The notes: generated by a model from the sequence alone, not told the origin. 42,740 bases of DNA from Octopus bimaculoides (GCF_001194135.2 NC_068985.1:47507700-47550439), one strand, 5' to 3'. Positions 25,376 to 37,899 are shown, counted from the stretch's first letter. A program made the numbers and translations.

Positions 25376-26495
25376 CACACACACACCCAATGCTCACACA
25401 CATTTCATGATATATTTCTGTAAGAAGATATTCATTTCATTATGCCTATGCCAATTCTAGCGGGAATCGTTCATCCAGGTCAGAGCTAATGTTTCACTTA
25501 TATCTGGTGCATTAAGTACGACGCGGATATACCGTGAATACCTAATGGTATGCATATATGATGATCGCCCAGGTTTTTAAGCTTACTATTAAGTTTCCTT
25601 GATTACAGCGCATGACGAGAGCGCCTAGAAACCACCAAAAGTTTGTGATGAAGCGGAATATTTAACTAAATGCAATATATATGTACGATGGGAGCAATCA
25701 ATTAATTATATTGACTCTGACTGTCAATACAGTGAATTAGATGTATAGTCAATAGAGAATATATATGTTGGCATGTAAGGTTTGAATCTTTCATATATTG
25801 GAAATTATGCCATTATTATGAAATACCAAAGGAAAAGAAGTAGTATATACATATAAAAGAGATCATTTCAGAGGGTTGACAAAACTAGCATACTCTTGGA
25901 TATTACAATCTACAAAGACAAGGAAATCAATAATAATAAACTGGGATAATAATAAACTGGAAATTGTTATTCAGGACAACCAAAAATGGAGATTCTCTTT
26001 TTGATAAAATACCAGTCACATTGCGATTTGAAAGCAAAAGGATTTCTAAATAATATTTGGCGCTTTAAAAAGATGCTAAAACTATATAACGAACTAAAAT
26101 ATCCACAAATCCAGGAATTTCACATATATACAACATAATGCAAGTAGCCTAAGGAACGCAGCCTTGCACTTTGTAGAGCAGCAAAAATTACAGTACTTAT
26201 TAGCCGTTACTCAAACATAGAAACCTATTTCTAGTTGAAATTTGACGCAGGAATCGAACTTGTAGAAGCATTAGAATGAAGGACAAAAATAATTTGTGTA
26301 ATTTGTTCTGGATGTCTGTACTGTGAGTTCAGCTCTCCTTGAGACCAACTTTAATGTTCATATTTTCGACGTAAATGAAATAATTATCCGTAAAGTCGGT
26401 GGATTAGAGAGAACGTTAGCGCGTCAAATGTGATGCCTTGCGGATTTGTTCCGGCTCCTTGCGTTTTGAGAACTTTGGTGGTAAGTTTAATTTAC

Positions 26496-26638
26496 CGCCT
26501 GGCTTAATACGTGGTCCTTGCGAGTCTTCAGTTGATTTGACTCTGTTGCAGGCAAACATCTCCAGCTTGAAAAAATAAACTTCTTCCTCTCTATCCAACC
26601 AGTCCCAGATGTCACGAAAAGATGCTTTTCTTCCCTCT
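26496..26638 (-). CDS. Best candidate coding exon in the window (143 nt internal, or terminal exon extending to the stop at 26416)
   Basis: Strong acceptor TTTATACTTTTATTCAG, donor GCG|GTAAAT, coding-like composition in AT-rich flanks; EGRKASFRDIWDWLDREEEVYFFKLEMFACNRVKSTEDSQGPRIKPG. The frame stays open past the donor to 26416. Product not recognised. Confidence 0.5.
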
Positions 26639-27738
26639 CTGAATAAAAGTATAAAACATTTTTTTAAATATTTTTTCCCATTAAAATGCGTATTTATGTG
26701 CGTCATAATATAAGTTTTATCTGTCTATGATCAATGAAATAAATACCAGTAATATACATACATTGATTCAATTTTATTGCACTCCCACCCTTTCAGATAT
26801 GTGACCCTGTGTTAATGTCAGATAACTTTATTAAAGATGACCTTTAAATAACTCAACAATTTCCTGTAAGATGTGATTAATGTCTGTTTTTTTTAATTAT
26901 TTTATTTAATTTTTTATTGGTCCCAGATAAATAGGATTGTATAGTTTATTTGTAAATGATCGATTGGGTTGACCTCCTTCTATGGGATAATAATTAATAG
27001 ATTGAATTCGGTTTAGAGATATGTTGAGAGGAGACAGACTGACAGAGAGAAAGGGAAGTAGAAAAAGAGAGAAGAAAAGAGGACAAGCAAGAGAGAGTAA
27101 GAGGGGTGTGAGAGAAGGTAGAGTGAGAGAGAGAAGACGGGATGTGAGAGAAGGTAGGGTGAGAGATAGAGAGAGAGAAAGGGAGACCTGTTGAAATATT
27201 CTCAGCTAATGGTTTAATTTAGATCTTATAAATTTTGTTGAACAGAAACAACAAACAGATGAAAAGATGTATTAGATATTTTCGCAGACATGAAACTTTC
27301 AGTCAAATGTGAAATGTATGTATGTGGCATTTTATTGAAACAAGTGTGTTTATTTTAAACGTGTGTGTGTTTGTGTGTGAATGCGTATATGTGTGTAAAT
27401 CTCTGTGCGAATGAATACGGAATACGTGCATATATATTTATTTGTGTATATGGAGAGGGATAGACCGTGTATCTCGATTTCTTGCTTTCGCATATTATAT
27501 TAAATTTATTATTTATTTGTTAATTTTTTCATCAATTTATCAAACCAAAACTTTGGGAACATTATTTGTATATAGCGAATATGTTAGCAATTACACACAC
27601 TCATAGCTATATAAATATATGTGAATCCCCACATAAATCGTCGCACGGCATAGACATGCACAAATTAATTATACATACATATATATATATATATCTTTTA
27701 CTTGTTTTAGTTATTAGACTGCGGCCATACTGGGGCAT

Positions 27739-27771
<33 letters not shown>

Positions 27772-27967
27772 ATGTATATGTATTTATGTATATGTATGTG
27801 TTAGTGTACAGACATATATAGACATATATACAGACCCACTCACATCCATGTACATGTATATGTATAAACATAGTATGCTTATATGTATATATATGTATAT
27901 ATATGTGTGTGTGTTTGTTAGTGTGTGTGTGTGTGTGTGTATGTGTGTGTGTGTGCGTGTGTGTTTG

Positions 27968-28075
27968 TAGTAGCAGTATGCCCGAGTGATTAAGGAATTC
28001 GCTTCGTAAGCATTATGATATGATTTCGTTTCAAGTGTGTGTCACCTAAGGCAAATGTAATTATCTATAAAAGTG
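27968..28075 (+). mobile_element. Highly decayed SINE family B head
   Basis: GAGTGATTAAGGAATTCGCTTCG...GTCACCTAAGGCAAATG...TCTAT weakly parallels the family B 5' region. Confidence 0.45.
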
Positions 28076-28698
28076 GGTTAGCCAATAATTTGAGAGGAGA
28101 ATTGGGTGCAACTGAACTGCATGGAAAGTCCATCAAGTATATTGTTCTTGGAATTCATACATGTAACGTTGTCACACTCTCTTAACATAAATTCTGGGTT
28201 GTATGTAAAATGTACCTGTGTCTGCGGAATACATATCCAACCAATAAAAGGCCAATTCACAGGGCCTGATAGGTTAATTGATCGTATATCTGAATAATTA
28301 TAGTAGACAATTCCGAAAATATCACTTTTACGCACCACGCCCAATACACACAGATAAACACACGCACAGACATGGAGGCATGCACACATACATTCCTATA
28401 CCCAAATACACTCTTGTATGTATACAAGATTAAGTAAAAAAAAATCATACGTCCTCTTCTTCCTGTAATTTACTTAAACAAAAGCAAGGGTTGAACAATT
28501 ACGTCAATTTTCGACATAAATTCAGCTGGCTGCACAAACATTTGTGCACTAATTGTTGGGCCACAATGTGCCCTTTAACGTCCCCCATCGCTTTAACGTC
28601 CCCAGCATCAATTTTTCTGTGGAAGAATGAGTGTTGAACTTCTCTACTGGTGTTTTCAATCCGTACACTTCTTTTTGAATTCTGGCACGAATTCATAC

Positions 28699-28742
28699 AA
28701 AAAGGCCTCATCCAATGTGACAGTCCCATGTGCAACTTCAGA
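28699..28742 (-). CDS. Candidate exon (44 nt, phase 0 to 2; alternative donor at 28669)
   Basis: Acceptor GTCATTGCTCATTTTCAG, donor TT|GTATGA; SEVAHGTVTLDEAFL, or with the weaker donor SEVAHGTVTLDEAFLYEFVPEFKKK. Confidence 0.3.
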
Positions 28743-29404
28743 CTGAAAATGAGCAATGACTCAGAAACATGTCCCTGAATGCAGGCTAGGCTGGGTGTAG
28801 GTGCTTGTCTCCCCCTCGCAAACATAAGGACACAGGGGGGGGGGGGTGTCAAGGCCGACAGGAAGTGGTTCAGCTTCCTAGGGCTAAATAGCAGTGGTGT
28901 GATTCCCTTGTTGGGACTGTCACGTTAAGTTGACAGTACACAGCTACTTTGCCGTAGCACTGCTGCTTGGGTCTCTCTGTGGGATTAAGAGATGAATCCT
29001 TTCTAATACATACATACATATATATATATAGTGGCTACTCTACGTTTCTTCTCACTGTGCCAAGCAAATAACAAAAATGAAAGCGTTGCACGTCATTCTT
29101 TTCAAAGCATTTGCTCAAACTCCAACTCTCATATAACTGTCACGTAAACGAAGATTTCCATTCGCATACCATTGGCAGTGACAATCAATCAGCAGTATAA
29201 TTCAAACCTCACAATTTAATATAAGCTAGGATCAACACACTTCGTACAATGATCTCAGAAACAGTCGTACTATGAAAGGACCCATTTCACATAATATTCC
29301 TCACAAAATTTCAAATATTTCTTGTCCAAATGAATCAGAATTTCGTTGAGCCAGCATGGAGATGGTAAAGTATATTTTCTGTACAGTAGTTATTGTTCGG
29401 AACA

Positions 29405-29552
29405 GGACTATTATTGGTACTTATTTTGTCGACCCTGAAAGAATGAAAGGCAAAGTACACGGTGGTGGAATTTGAACTCAGAACGGAAAGACTGACGAGA
29501 TGCCGCTAAACAATTTGTTCGGCGTGCTAATGATTCTTCCATCTCGCTGCTT
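29405..29552 (-). mobile_element. SINE family A
   Basis: GGTACTTATTTTGTCGACCCTGAAAGAATGAAAGGCAAAGT...GGAATTTGAACTCAGAACG...CGTGCTAATGATTC. Confidence 0.88.
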
Positions 29553-29714
29553 TGAGCAAGCCTATAATGAAAGTTTTTTTAAGTATTGTGTATCTAACTA
29601 TAACGTATTTAGAACAAGATTATCCATGAAACATGAAACTGCGAATATTAGCAGATTTCACTGTTGTTGAACGTCTATCTATAGTTTGGCTCGTGGTTTT
29701 CCAATATTACTTAT

Positions 29715-29880
29715 TCCATACACAGACCTGATTGATCACAATAGTGATCAAAAGTGTCACATCCGTAACCACCATGTCTTTCTATATCGGTGATTATACA
29801 GCTGAATTCATTCTTCTTTATTCACAATGTCAATGAAATATGAAGCAAATTTGGTTGCTATCTCTAACAGGCTGATTGAC
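29715..29880 (-). mobile_element. Decayed interspersed-repeat 3' fragment (SINE-like)
   Basis: TTGATCA...GTCACATCCGTAACCACCATGTCTTT and ATTTGGTTGCTATCTCTAACAGG resemble an octopus repeat from recall only; no second copy in the window. Confidence 0.35.
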
Positions 29881-30934
29881 TTTGTATATAAAATCTCCGG
29901 CTTTGCATGAAAACTAGTCATAAAATGTATTTCTAAGTGTTCTAACAGTATTCATAGATTCAGAAGCTTTTTGATGACTCAAAATAATTAATATTTCTCG
30001 GATTTTGTTTTGTTTTTGTATGACAATTATATTTAAAAAAACTAGAAAAACACGAGCAGACAGTCGACATACCATGTCTACAAATCCTGAAAAACATTAC
30101 TATTATGTTTGGATTTAATGTTGTTCGCACAATATGTTCTTATAAATCACGAGGAATTGATATTTCGGTCGAAAATACTAGAATAAGACATGCTATTAAT
30201 TTATCTTCAGAAATGATTTTGAATATCTTTCAACAAAAATTTATATTAGATTTGTTTTAATTTCATATCAAAATGTTTAATGAAACTGTTTTATATAGAA
30301 GAAAGAACTAAAAAAAAAAAGAAAGAAATCGAACAAATAAAAAGTGCAGCCAATGTAAACAGATGAAATGTTATAAGGAAATAACTGTAAAAAACAAATA
30401 CATGCAAAAAAAACAAGGCCAAAAAATAAATGTATACATACATGTACGAATAAACAAATATAGGCGAAAGTAAAACCCTCTGTGTGTGTGTGTGTGTGTA
30501 TGTGTGTGTGTGTGTGTTTGTGTGTGTTTATGTGTGTGCGTAAATAAATGTATATATGAACATATGTGTATATATATATATAGATATAGATATATATAGA
30601 TATATACATACATTCATACATGCATACACTTCCATTATGTACATACATTTACATTAATACCCTCACACACACACACATATATATATATATACACAAACAC
30701 ATCTAGTTTTACTATATATAATCTGTTTATACGTGCACACACACGATCTATCTATATTGAAAAGTGTAATCTGCTATCTTTCATTTTGTAGTTCAGTCCT
30801 TTGTATTCTCATAGAATTTGAAAATTTTATTCTGAAGTAGTCGAAATGAAAAGATAGTGAAAATGGACATAATTTCACTAAATTTTCTTTAAGAATTAAC
30901 GTCGTTCAAAAAATATTGCTCTTCAGTGCGAATA

Positions 30935-31440
30935 TTAGCACCACCAGACCTGAAATTAGGGTTGGGGGAAACTATTCGATTACATCAGTGCCAGTACTTG
31001 ACTACTAGGTACTTCATCTTTACGGAAAGGATGATATGGAAGGACGATCTCAGCAGAATTTGAACTCAGATCCTAAAGACAGACGAAATGCCGCCGTGCT
31101 GGCGATTCTACCAGCATGAAAATTGTATTAAATTTTGGCACATGGCCTGAAATTTGTGGGGAGGGGGATAGTCAATTACATTGACCCCAGTGTTAAACTG
31201 GTTCTTAATTTATCGACCCCGAAAGGATGAAGGGCAAAGTCGACGAGAAATTGATTTCAGAACATGAAGATGGACGAAATTCCGCAAAGCATTTTGCCCA
31301 GCGTGCAAACGATAATGCCAGTTTGCCGTCTTAAGGCCAATAATAATAATGACCTTAAAATTTGGCCCTAAGCAAGAAGTTTCAGGTTGGAGTTAGAAAA
31401 TTACATCGATCAACAGGTACTTAATTTATAGACACCGAAA
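30935..31440 (-). mobile_element. Cluster of two to three SINE family A copies in tandem
   Basis: GAATTTGAACTCAGA...GACGAAATGCCG (to about 31115), ATCGACCCCGAAAGGATGAAGGGCAAAGTCGAC...CAGCGTGCAAACGAT (31135-31335) and a partial copy to about 31440. Confidence 0.85.
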
Positions 31441-31682
31441 AGCACAAATAGTGAACAGAAATGTATATATATACCAAGTTAAAAAAGGTGTCTTATTAGC
31501 AATTACAACCTAAAGACAAAACTGATAGAGATCACAAAAGAGAGAGAGAGAGAGGGTAGTAACTAGCACCGCTTTTGCTACAGAAAAGATTTAAAATAAC
31601 TCAAAAACACTTGCTGTTATGGATTTTGACGTATTTTAACTCTTCTCTTTTGCTAGTCAGTACCGCCTGAATACTTTGGTTA

Positions 31683-31728
<46 letters not shown>

Positions 31729-32207
31729 NNNNNNNNNNNNNNNNNNNNNNNNNNNNNNNNNNNNNNNNNNNNNNNNNNNNNNNNNNNNNNNNNNNNNNNN
31801 NNNNNNNNNNNNNNNNNNNNNNNNNNNNNNNNNNNNNNNNNNNNNNNNNNNNNNNNNNNNNNNNNNNNNNNNNNNNNNNNNNNNNNNNNNNNNNNNNNNN
31901 NNNNNNNNNNNNNNNNNNNNNNNNNNNNNNNNNNNNNNNNNNNNNNNNNNNNNNNNNNNNNNNNNNNNNNNNNNNNNNNNNNNNNNNNNNNNNNNNNNNN
32001 NNNNNNNNNNNNNNNNNNNNNNNNNNNNNNNNNNNNNNNNNNNNNNNNNNNNNNNNNNNNNNNNNNNNNNNNNNNNNNNNNNNNNNNNNNNNNNNNNNNN
32101 NNNNNNNNNNNNNNNNNNNNNNNNNNNNNNNNNNNNNNNNNNNNNNNNNNNNNNNNNNNNNNNNNNNNNNNNNNNNNNNNNNNNNNNNNNNNNNNNNNNN
32201 NNNNNNN

Positions 32208-32396
32208 CCACCCAACATCGCTTGACAACCGATGCTGGCGTGTTTACGTCCCCGTAACGTAGCGGTTCGGCAAAGAAGATCGATAGATTGAGTATTAGGC
32301 TGCTAAAGAATAAGTCCTGGGGTCGACTTGCTCGACTAAAGGCGGTGCTCCAGCGTGGCCACAGTCAAAAGACTGAAACAAGTAAAAGAGTAAAGA
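32208..32396 (+). mobile_element. SINE family B, 3' half (5' part lost in N gap)
   Basis: CATCGCTTGACAACCGATGCTGGCGTGTTTACGTCCCCGTAAC...GGCGGTGCTCCAGC...GAAACAAGTAAAAGAG. Confidence 0.9.
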
Positions 32397-32588
32397 GTAA
32401 ATAAACAAACGACATAACGTATACTGAGTGTGCAACCGGGCGGGAGACAAACACAGAAGGTCCCAAATATTTCATCAGTTACCAACCATTACCATTTGGT
32501 TGATAACTGATGAAGAATTAGGGACCTTCTACGTTTGTCTCCCGTCCGATTGTACACACAGTATACGGTATATTGTTTGTTTATTTAC
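32397..32588. repeat. Near-perfect palindrome/hairpin: about 92-bp arms, 8-nt loop
   Basis: 32399-32488 and 32497-32586 are reverse complements with about 13 mismatches and no gaps; loop TTACCATT; TA dinucleotides at both ends. Confidence 0.9.
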
Positions 32589-32869
32589 CATGCATTTTTT
32601 TTCATTTATTAATGGAATGCAACAACACCTCCGACTGAAGAGGCAATTGGCTGCGAATGATCCGTTTTGTCTTGTTTGCCGTTGTCGTGGTATCGTTCTA
32701 TTTTCCGCATATTGTATTTTGACGGTTTCCGTTTGTTTTTTCTGTTCTACGTTCGATTTATATATATATATATATATATATATAAAGAGAGAAAGAGAGA
32801 GCGATCAAGAGTGACAGACACAGGGAGCAATGGTGACAGAGAGAAAGGACGTGATGTATCACAGCATAC

Positions 32870-33043
32870 CCTCCAGGTACGGGGATGAGAATATAAGTTT
32901 GATGCTACAGAATTGCTAAGGGCGGATGAGTAACAGAGAAGTTTTGGCATATTCTCAAGCACAGCATAAAATATAATGTTTACAGAATCGCTTACGGCAT
33001 CAAACAGTGCATATGTTGAATACTGCTGGACTGGCATCTGTTT
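32870..33043 (-). CDS. Candidate exon (174 nt, phase 0 to 0)
   Basis: Branch-like ACTAAC about 20 nt before the TATAG acceptor, donor AGG|GTATGC; the single open frame is KQMPVQQYSTYALFDAVSDSVNIIFYAVLENMPKLLCYSSALSNSVASNLYSHPRTWR. The pyrimidine tract is weak. Confidence 0.3.
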
Positions 33044-33213
33044 CTATAGGATTTACCTGAAGTTAGTACGCCACTGGATTAGCTAGCGGTCTTTACTGTG
33101 TTCGTTGGCCCAAATTTTATGTTGTGTTTATGTTTATTTATTTAGTTGATCTCTTTTTATTTTTGTAACCTCTTAACCCCACCCCCACATATATATATAT
33201 GTATGTATGTATG

Positions 33214-33264
<51 letters not shown>

Positions 33265-34133
33265 AGGGTATTNNNNNNNNNNNNNNNNNNNNNNNNNNNN
33301 NNNNNNNNNNNNNNNNNNNNNNNNNNNNNNNNNNNNNNNNNNNNNNNNNNNNNNNNNNNNNNNNNNNNNNNNNNNNNNNNNNNNNNNNNNNNNNNNNNNN
33401 NNNNNNNNNNNNNNNNNNNNNNNNNNNNNNNNNNNNNNNNNNNNNNNNNNNNNNNNNNNNNNNNNNNNNNNNNNNNNNNNNNNNNNNNNNNNNNNNNNNN
33501 NNNNNNNNNNNNNNNNNNNNNNNNNNNNNNNNNNNNNNNNNNNNNNNNNNNNNNNNNNTATATATATATATATATATATATACACTCACATACACACACG
33601 CATATATATACATAAACATTCGTATGCATACATGGGTGTAAATGTATACACGCACATATACATAGCCACATATTTGCATATACATATATACGCATACACA
33701 TACGCCTATATTAGGGAGACAAAACGATGACTACCATCATTAAAGCTATTGTTAAAACTTATAATTATATACAAACGAATTTTAAATCACATAGGAAGAA
33801 AGTCGGTGGTTGGGGGAAAGAAGTCGAAGGCACAAACTGGAATGTAATTCCACTTATCTTCCACATGGTGTCCATCGTTCAGATGTCTTTCAATAGTAAG
33901 CCTGATTATAGTAATAATACAAAAGTTGATACCTTTTCATTTTCTAACATATTCATATTTATACATAATGCTCGATGATTCGCTTTTGCCGTTCTTGTTG
34001 CTGTTGCTGTTGTTCTTTTTTGTTGCTTTTCCTGTTTAACCCTTGGTGAAAGCTAGACGAGTAGGCCTTTGATTATAATCTCTCCAGCCGTAACGATTTT
34101 TGCTTTCTGTATATTTTTTCCATCATAAATACC

Positions 34134-34301
34134 GTAGGTGTGGCTGTGTGGTAAGTAGCTTGCTTGCCAACCACATGGTTCCAGGTTCATTCCCACTGCG
34201 TGGCACCTTGGGCAACTGTCTTCTACTATAGCCTCGTGCCGACCAAAGCCTTGTGAGTGGATTTGGTAAGCGGAAACTGAAAGAAGCCCGTCGTATATAT
34301 G

Positions 34302-34336
<35 letters not shown>

Positions 34337-34561
34337 CTGTGTGTTTGTGTGTCTGTGTTTATCTCCCCACCCCCACCATCGCTTGACAACCGATGCTGTT
34401 GTGTTTACGTCGCCGTAACATTAGCGGTTCGGGAAAAACAGACCGATAGAATAAGTACTAGGCTTACAAAGAATACGTCCTAGGGTCGATTTTCTCGACT
34501 AAAGGCGGTGCTCCAGCATGGCCGCAGTCAAATGACTGAAGCAAGTAAAGAGAGTAAGAGT
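34134..34561 (+). mobile_element. Full-length tRNA-derived SINE family B with internal (TA)n(TG)n
   Basis: A-box-like TGGCTGTGTGG, B-box-like GGTTCATTCCC, body CCTTGTGAGTGGATTTGG...GAAAGAAGCCCGTCG, internal microsatellite, 3' part ending AAGAGAGTAAGAG. Confidence 0.92.
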
Positions 34562-34919
34562 ATCCGTGACCACATTAATCGGTCTGCCTTCTTTCAATGG
34601 ACACTAAGGCGTGATCTGAAAATGTGACGAATTCCTAGTATTTCATTTCGTGAGACGGGATGAGTGGTTCCCTTACTGACTCACGGTTCATGATTGTTAT
34701 TAGTATCCTCACCGTGGCTGTTGTGGTCGTTAGTGTCGATCTTAATACTCTTGTTGTTGCCGTTTTCGTTGAATCCTAGATCAGCAGCGTGGTAGAAAAC
34801 ATCATGAAATATTTACATTTAAATCGTATTTACGAGCTTTCCCGGTTAGCGACTATGTAGCTATACTCTTTTAATGTCGCACTTGGCGTTTTGAGTTTAT
34901 TTTTTCTCCTCCTTTCAAC

Positions 34920-35045
34920 GGCGGTTCGTCCGTCTTTAGGTTCTGAGTTCAAATTATACGAAGTCAATTTTACCTTTCATCCTGTCGGGGTTAATAAAAT
35001 AAGTACCAATTGAGCAGTGTGTGGGGGGAGGTCAATGTAATTCAC
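34920..35045 (+). mobile_element. Decayed SINE family A
   Basis: GTTCTGAGTTCAAATT...CCTTTCATCCTGTCGGGG..AATAAAATAAGTACCA. Confidence 0.8.
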
Positions 35046-35207
35046 TTTGCACAGCTTCTAACGGTCTTTGCACAGCTTCGAACGCTGGAGATGGACTACT
35101 CACAGAAGCATACACGCCACTGCAGAAACAACAGCAACTGTATTGTAAACCTGGAAACAGCAATCTCAACATGACATCTAGTAGTAGCAATCCCAACCAT
35201 GACATTT

Positions 35208-35216
35208 AGTAGTAGC

Positions 35217-35255
<39 letters not shown>

Positions 35256-35293
35256 TGTAGTTATAGTTGTAGTAGTAGCAGCAGCAGAATCAG

Positions 35294-35333
<40 letters not shown>

Positions 35334-35340
35334 GCTACAA
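35208..35340. repeat. (AGT)n followed by (ACT)n microsatellites in inverted arrangement
   Basis: Visible arrays; (AGT)n and (ACT)n are reverse complements about 45 bp apart. Confidence 0.9.
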
Positions 35341-36433
35341 CAAAAGCATTATCAAGCAGACTACATTACATTCTATCAGTTGCAATCTTTTAATCCCCAC
35401 CATATCCATTCAACATAGTAAACTATAAATTCACCCTAGCTCCACCATACATGGCCATCATCAACAATACTAACAGCACATTAATAACAACAANNNNNNN
35501 NNNNNNNNNNNNNNNNNNNNNNNNNNNNNNNNNNNNNNNNNNNNNNNNNNNNNNNNNNNNNNNNNNNNNNNNNNNNNNNNNNNNNNNNNNNNNNNNNNNN
35601 NNNNNNNNNNNNNNNNNNNNNNNNNNNNNNNNNNNNNNNNNNNNNNNNNNNNNNNNNNNNNNNNNNNNNNNNNNNNNNNNNNNNNNNNNNNNNNNNNNNN
35701 NNNNNNNNNNNNNNNNNNNNNNNNNNNNNNNNNNNNNNNNNNNNNNNNNNNNNNNNNNNNNNNNNNNNNNNNNNNNNNNNNNNNNNNNNNNNNNNNNNNN
35801 NNNNNNNNNNNNNNNNNNNNNNNNNNNNNNNNNNNNNNNNNNNNNNNNNNNNNNNNNNNNNNNNNNNNNNNNNNNNNNNNNNNNNNNNNNNNNNNNNNNN
35901 NNNNNNNNNNNNNNNNNNNNNNNNNNNNNNNNNNNNNNNNNNNNNNNNNNNNNNNNNNNNNNNNNNNNNNNNNNNNNNNNNNNNNNNNNNNNNNNNNNNN
36001 NNNNNNNNNNNNNNNNNNNNNNNNNNNNNNNNNNNNNNNNNNNNNNNNNNNNNNNNNNNNNNNNNNNNNNNNNNNNNNNNNNNNNNNNNNNNNNNNNNNN
36101 NNNNNNNNNNNNNNNNNNNNNNNNNNNNNNNNNNNNNNNNNNNNNNNNNNNNNNNNNNNNNNNNNNNNNNNNNNNNNNNNNNNNNNNNNNNNNNNNNNNN
36201 NNNNNNNNNNNNNNNNNNNNNNNNNNNNNNNNNNNNNNNNNNNNNNNNNNNNNNNNNNNNNNNNNNNNNNNNNNNNNNNNNNNNNNNNNNNNNNNNNNNN
36301 NNNNNNNNNNNNNNNNNNNNNNNNNNNNNNNNNNNNNNNNNNNNNNNNNNNNNNNNNNNNNNNNNNNNNNNNNNNNNNNNNNNNNNNNNNNNNNNNNNNN
36401 NNNNNNNNNNNNNNNNNNNNNNNNNNNNNNNNN

Positions 36434-36520
<87 letters not shown>

Positions 36521-36673
36521 TTTTATGTATATTTACAACAAGCATATGTTGATATATGTGTATTTACATAATTACTTACCACTTTGGAAGTGAATTCGCG
36601 CAAACTACCCGAGTATATATTTCATTCGGTTTGCGTTATGTTCATAAATATATCTGGCAGCATGTTTACTTAC

Positions 36674-36707
36674 CCAAAAATGAGACCATTGGAACCGGGT
36701 ATAATTG
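36674..36707 (-). CDS. Candidate 34-nt exon
   Basis: Strong acceptor AATCTTTTCTCCCCTAG and consensus donor GG|GTAAGT; all three frames open (NYTRFQWSHFW, IIPGSNGLIF, QLYPVPMVSFL). Confidence 0.4.
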
Positions 36708-36938
36708 CTAGGGGAGAAAAGATTTAATCGGTTCATGCTGGTTTTAAATATTCTTTATGACAATCAATCACAAAACTACTTTCTCCAGACATCTCGTTAA
36801 AAATTTAATTTCGTTTTCATACAAAAGAATGCAATACCAAGACTATTTCCACAACTTTGATTAATTCATATTTACATTTGAAAGTACAAATATAATACAA
36901 TAAAATATAATGTAATATATAATCATATGTGTTTGTCA

Positions 36939-36970
<32 letters not shown>

Positions 36971-36971
36971 C

Positions 36972-37002
<31 letters not shown>

Positions 37003-37537
37003 GGGTACACACATACTTATTTATCTTGAAATACTTACGCTTAAATACATTAGATTTCATGTTGTAATTTGAAAATAAAATCATATAGACATAAAGATAA
37101 ACGAAAATGTTGACAACAAAATCCTTATCTTTTTAATCATTGAGATGCAATCCAATTTTAAACAAGTTAGAATTAAAATGATGTTTGGTGAGTCAGAGAA
37201 ATGTAAACAATAAGAAAGTTATATATATATATATATATNNNNNNNNNNNNNNNNNNNNNNNNNNNNNNNNNNNNNNNNNNNNNNNNNNNNNNNNNNNNNN
37301 NNNNNNNNNNNNNNNNNNNNNNNNNNNNNNNNNNNNNNNNNNNNNNNNNNNNNNNNNNNNNNNNNNNNNNNNNNNNNNNNNNNNNNNNNNNNNNNNNNNN
37401 NNNNNNNNNNNNNNNNNNNNNNNNNNNNNNNNNNNNNNNNNTGGATGGATGGATGGATGGATGGATGGATGTATAAGTATACAAATTATTTTTACTTTGT
37501 TCATACAAATACAAATGAAGCCTGCTGATTTACTTTA

Positions 37538-37620
<83 letters not shown>

Positions 37621-37680
37621 TAATAATAATAATAATAATGATAATAATAATAATAACAACAACAACAATAATGATGATGA
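37538..37680. repeat. (AAT)n microsatellite
   Basis: Array with GAT/AAC variant units; source of the poly-Tyr pseudo-ORF. Confidence 0.95.
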
Positions 37681-37689
37681 TGTTTTCTA

Positions 37690-37899
37690 ATTTTGGCACG
37701 AGGCCAGTAACTGTGTAGTGAGTATGAAGTTGGTTGCAGCATCTCCCCTGCAGTACTGGTGCTCATGTTATTGATCCCGAAATGATGAAAAGTAAAGTTG
37801 ACCTTGGGGGGTAGTTGGACTGAAAATATAAAGAGCTGAAAGAAATACTGCTAGACACTTTGTTCGACGCTCTAACGATTCTGTTAGGTTGTCATCTTA
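37690..37899 (-). mobile_element. SINE family A (decayed)
   Basis: GATCCCGAAATGATGAAAAGTAAAGTTGACCTTGG...GAAATACTGCTAGACACTTTGTTCGACGCTCTAACGATTCTG. Confidence 0.8.

Noticed and set aside
28451-28462. 12-nt minus-strand micro-exon GAAGAAGAGGAC; likewise a 25-nt candidate at 13879-13903
   Set aside because: Such short AG...GT pairs arise often by chance in AT-rich DNA; no independent support.
32626-32660. CTGAAGAGGCAATTGGCTGCGAAT hammerhead-like seed
   Set aside because: GAAT instead of GAAA, poor helix II closure and no cleavage triplet or helix I.
34134-34210. tRNA gene
   Set aside because: A and B boxes are present, but there is no cloverleaf and the sequence continues into the SINE body.
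35045-35084. Direct repeat CTTTGCACAGCTTC(T/G)AACG twice, superficially CRISPR-like
   Set aside because: Only two units with a 2-bp spacer in a eukaryotic context; a simple local duplication.
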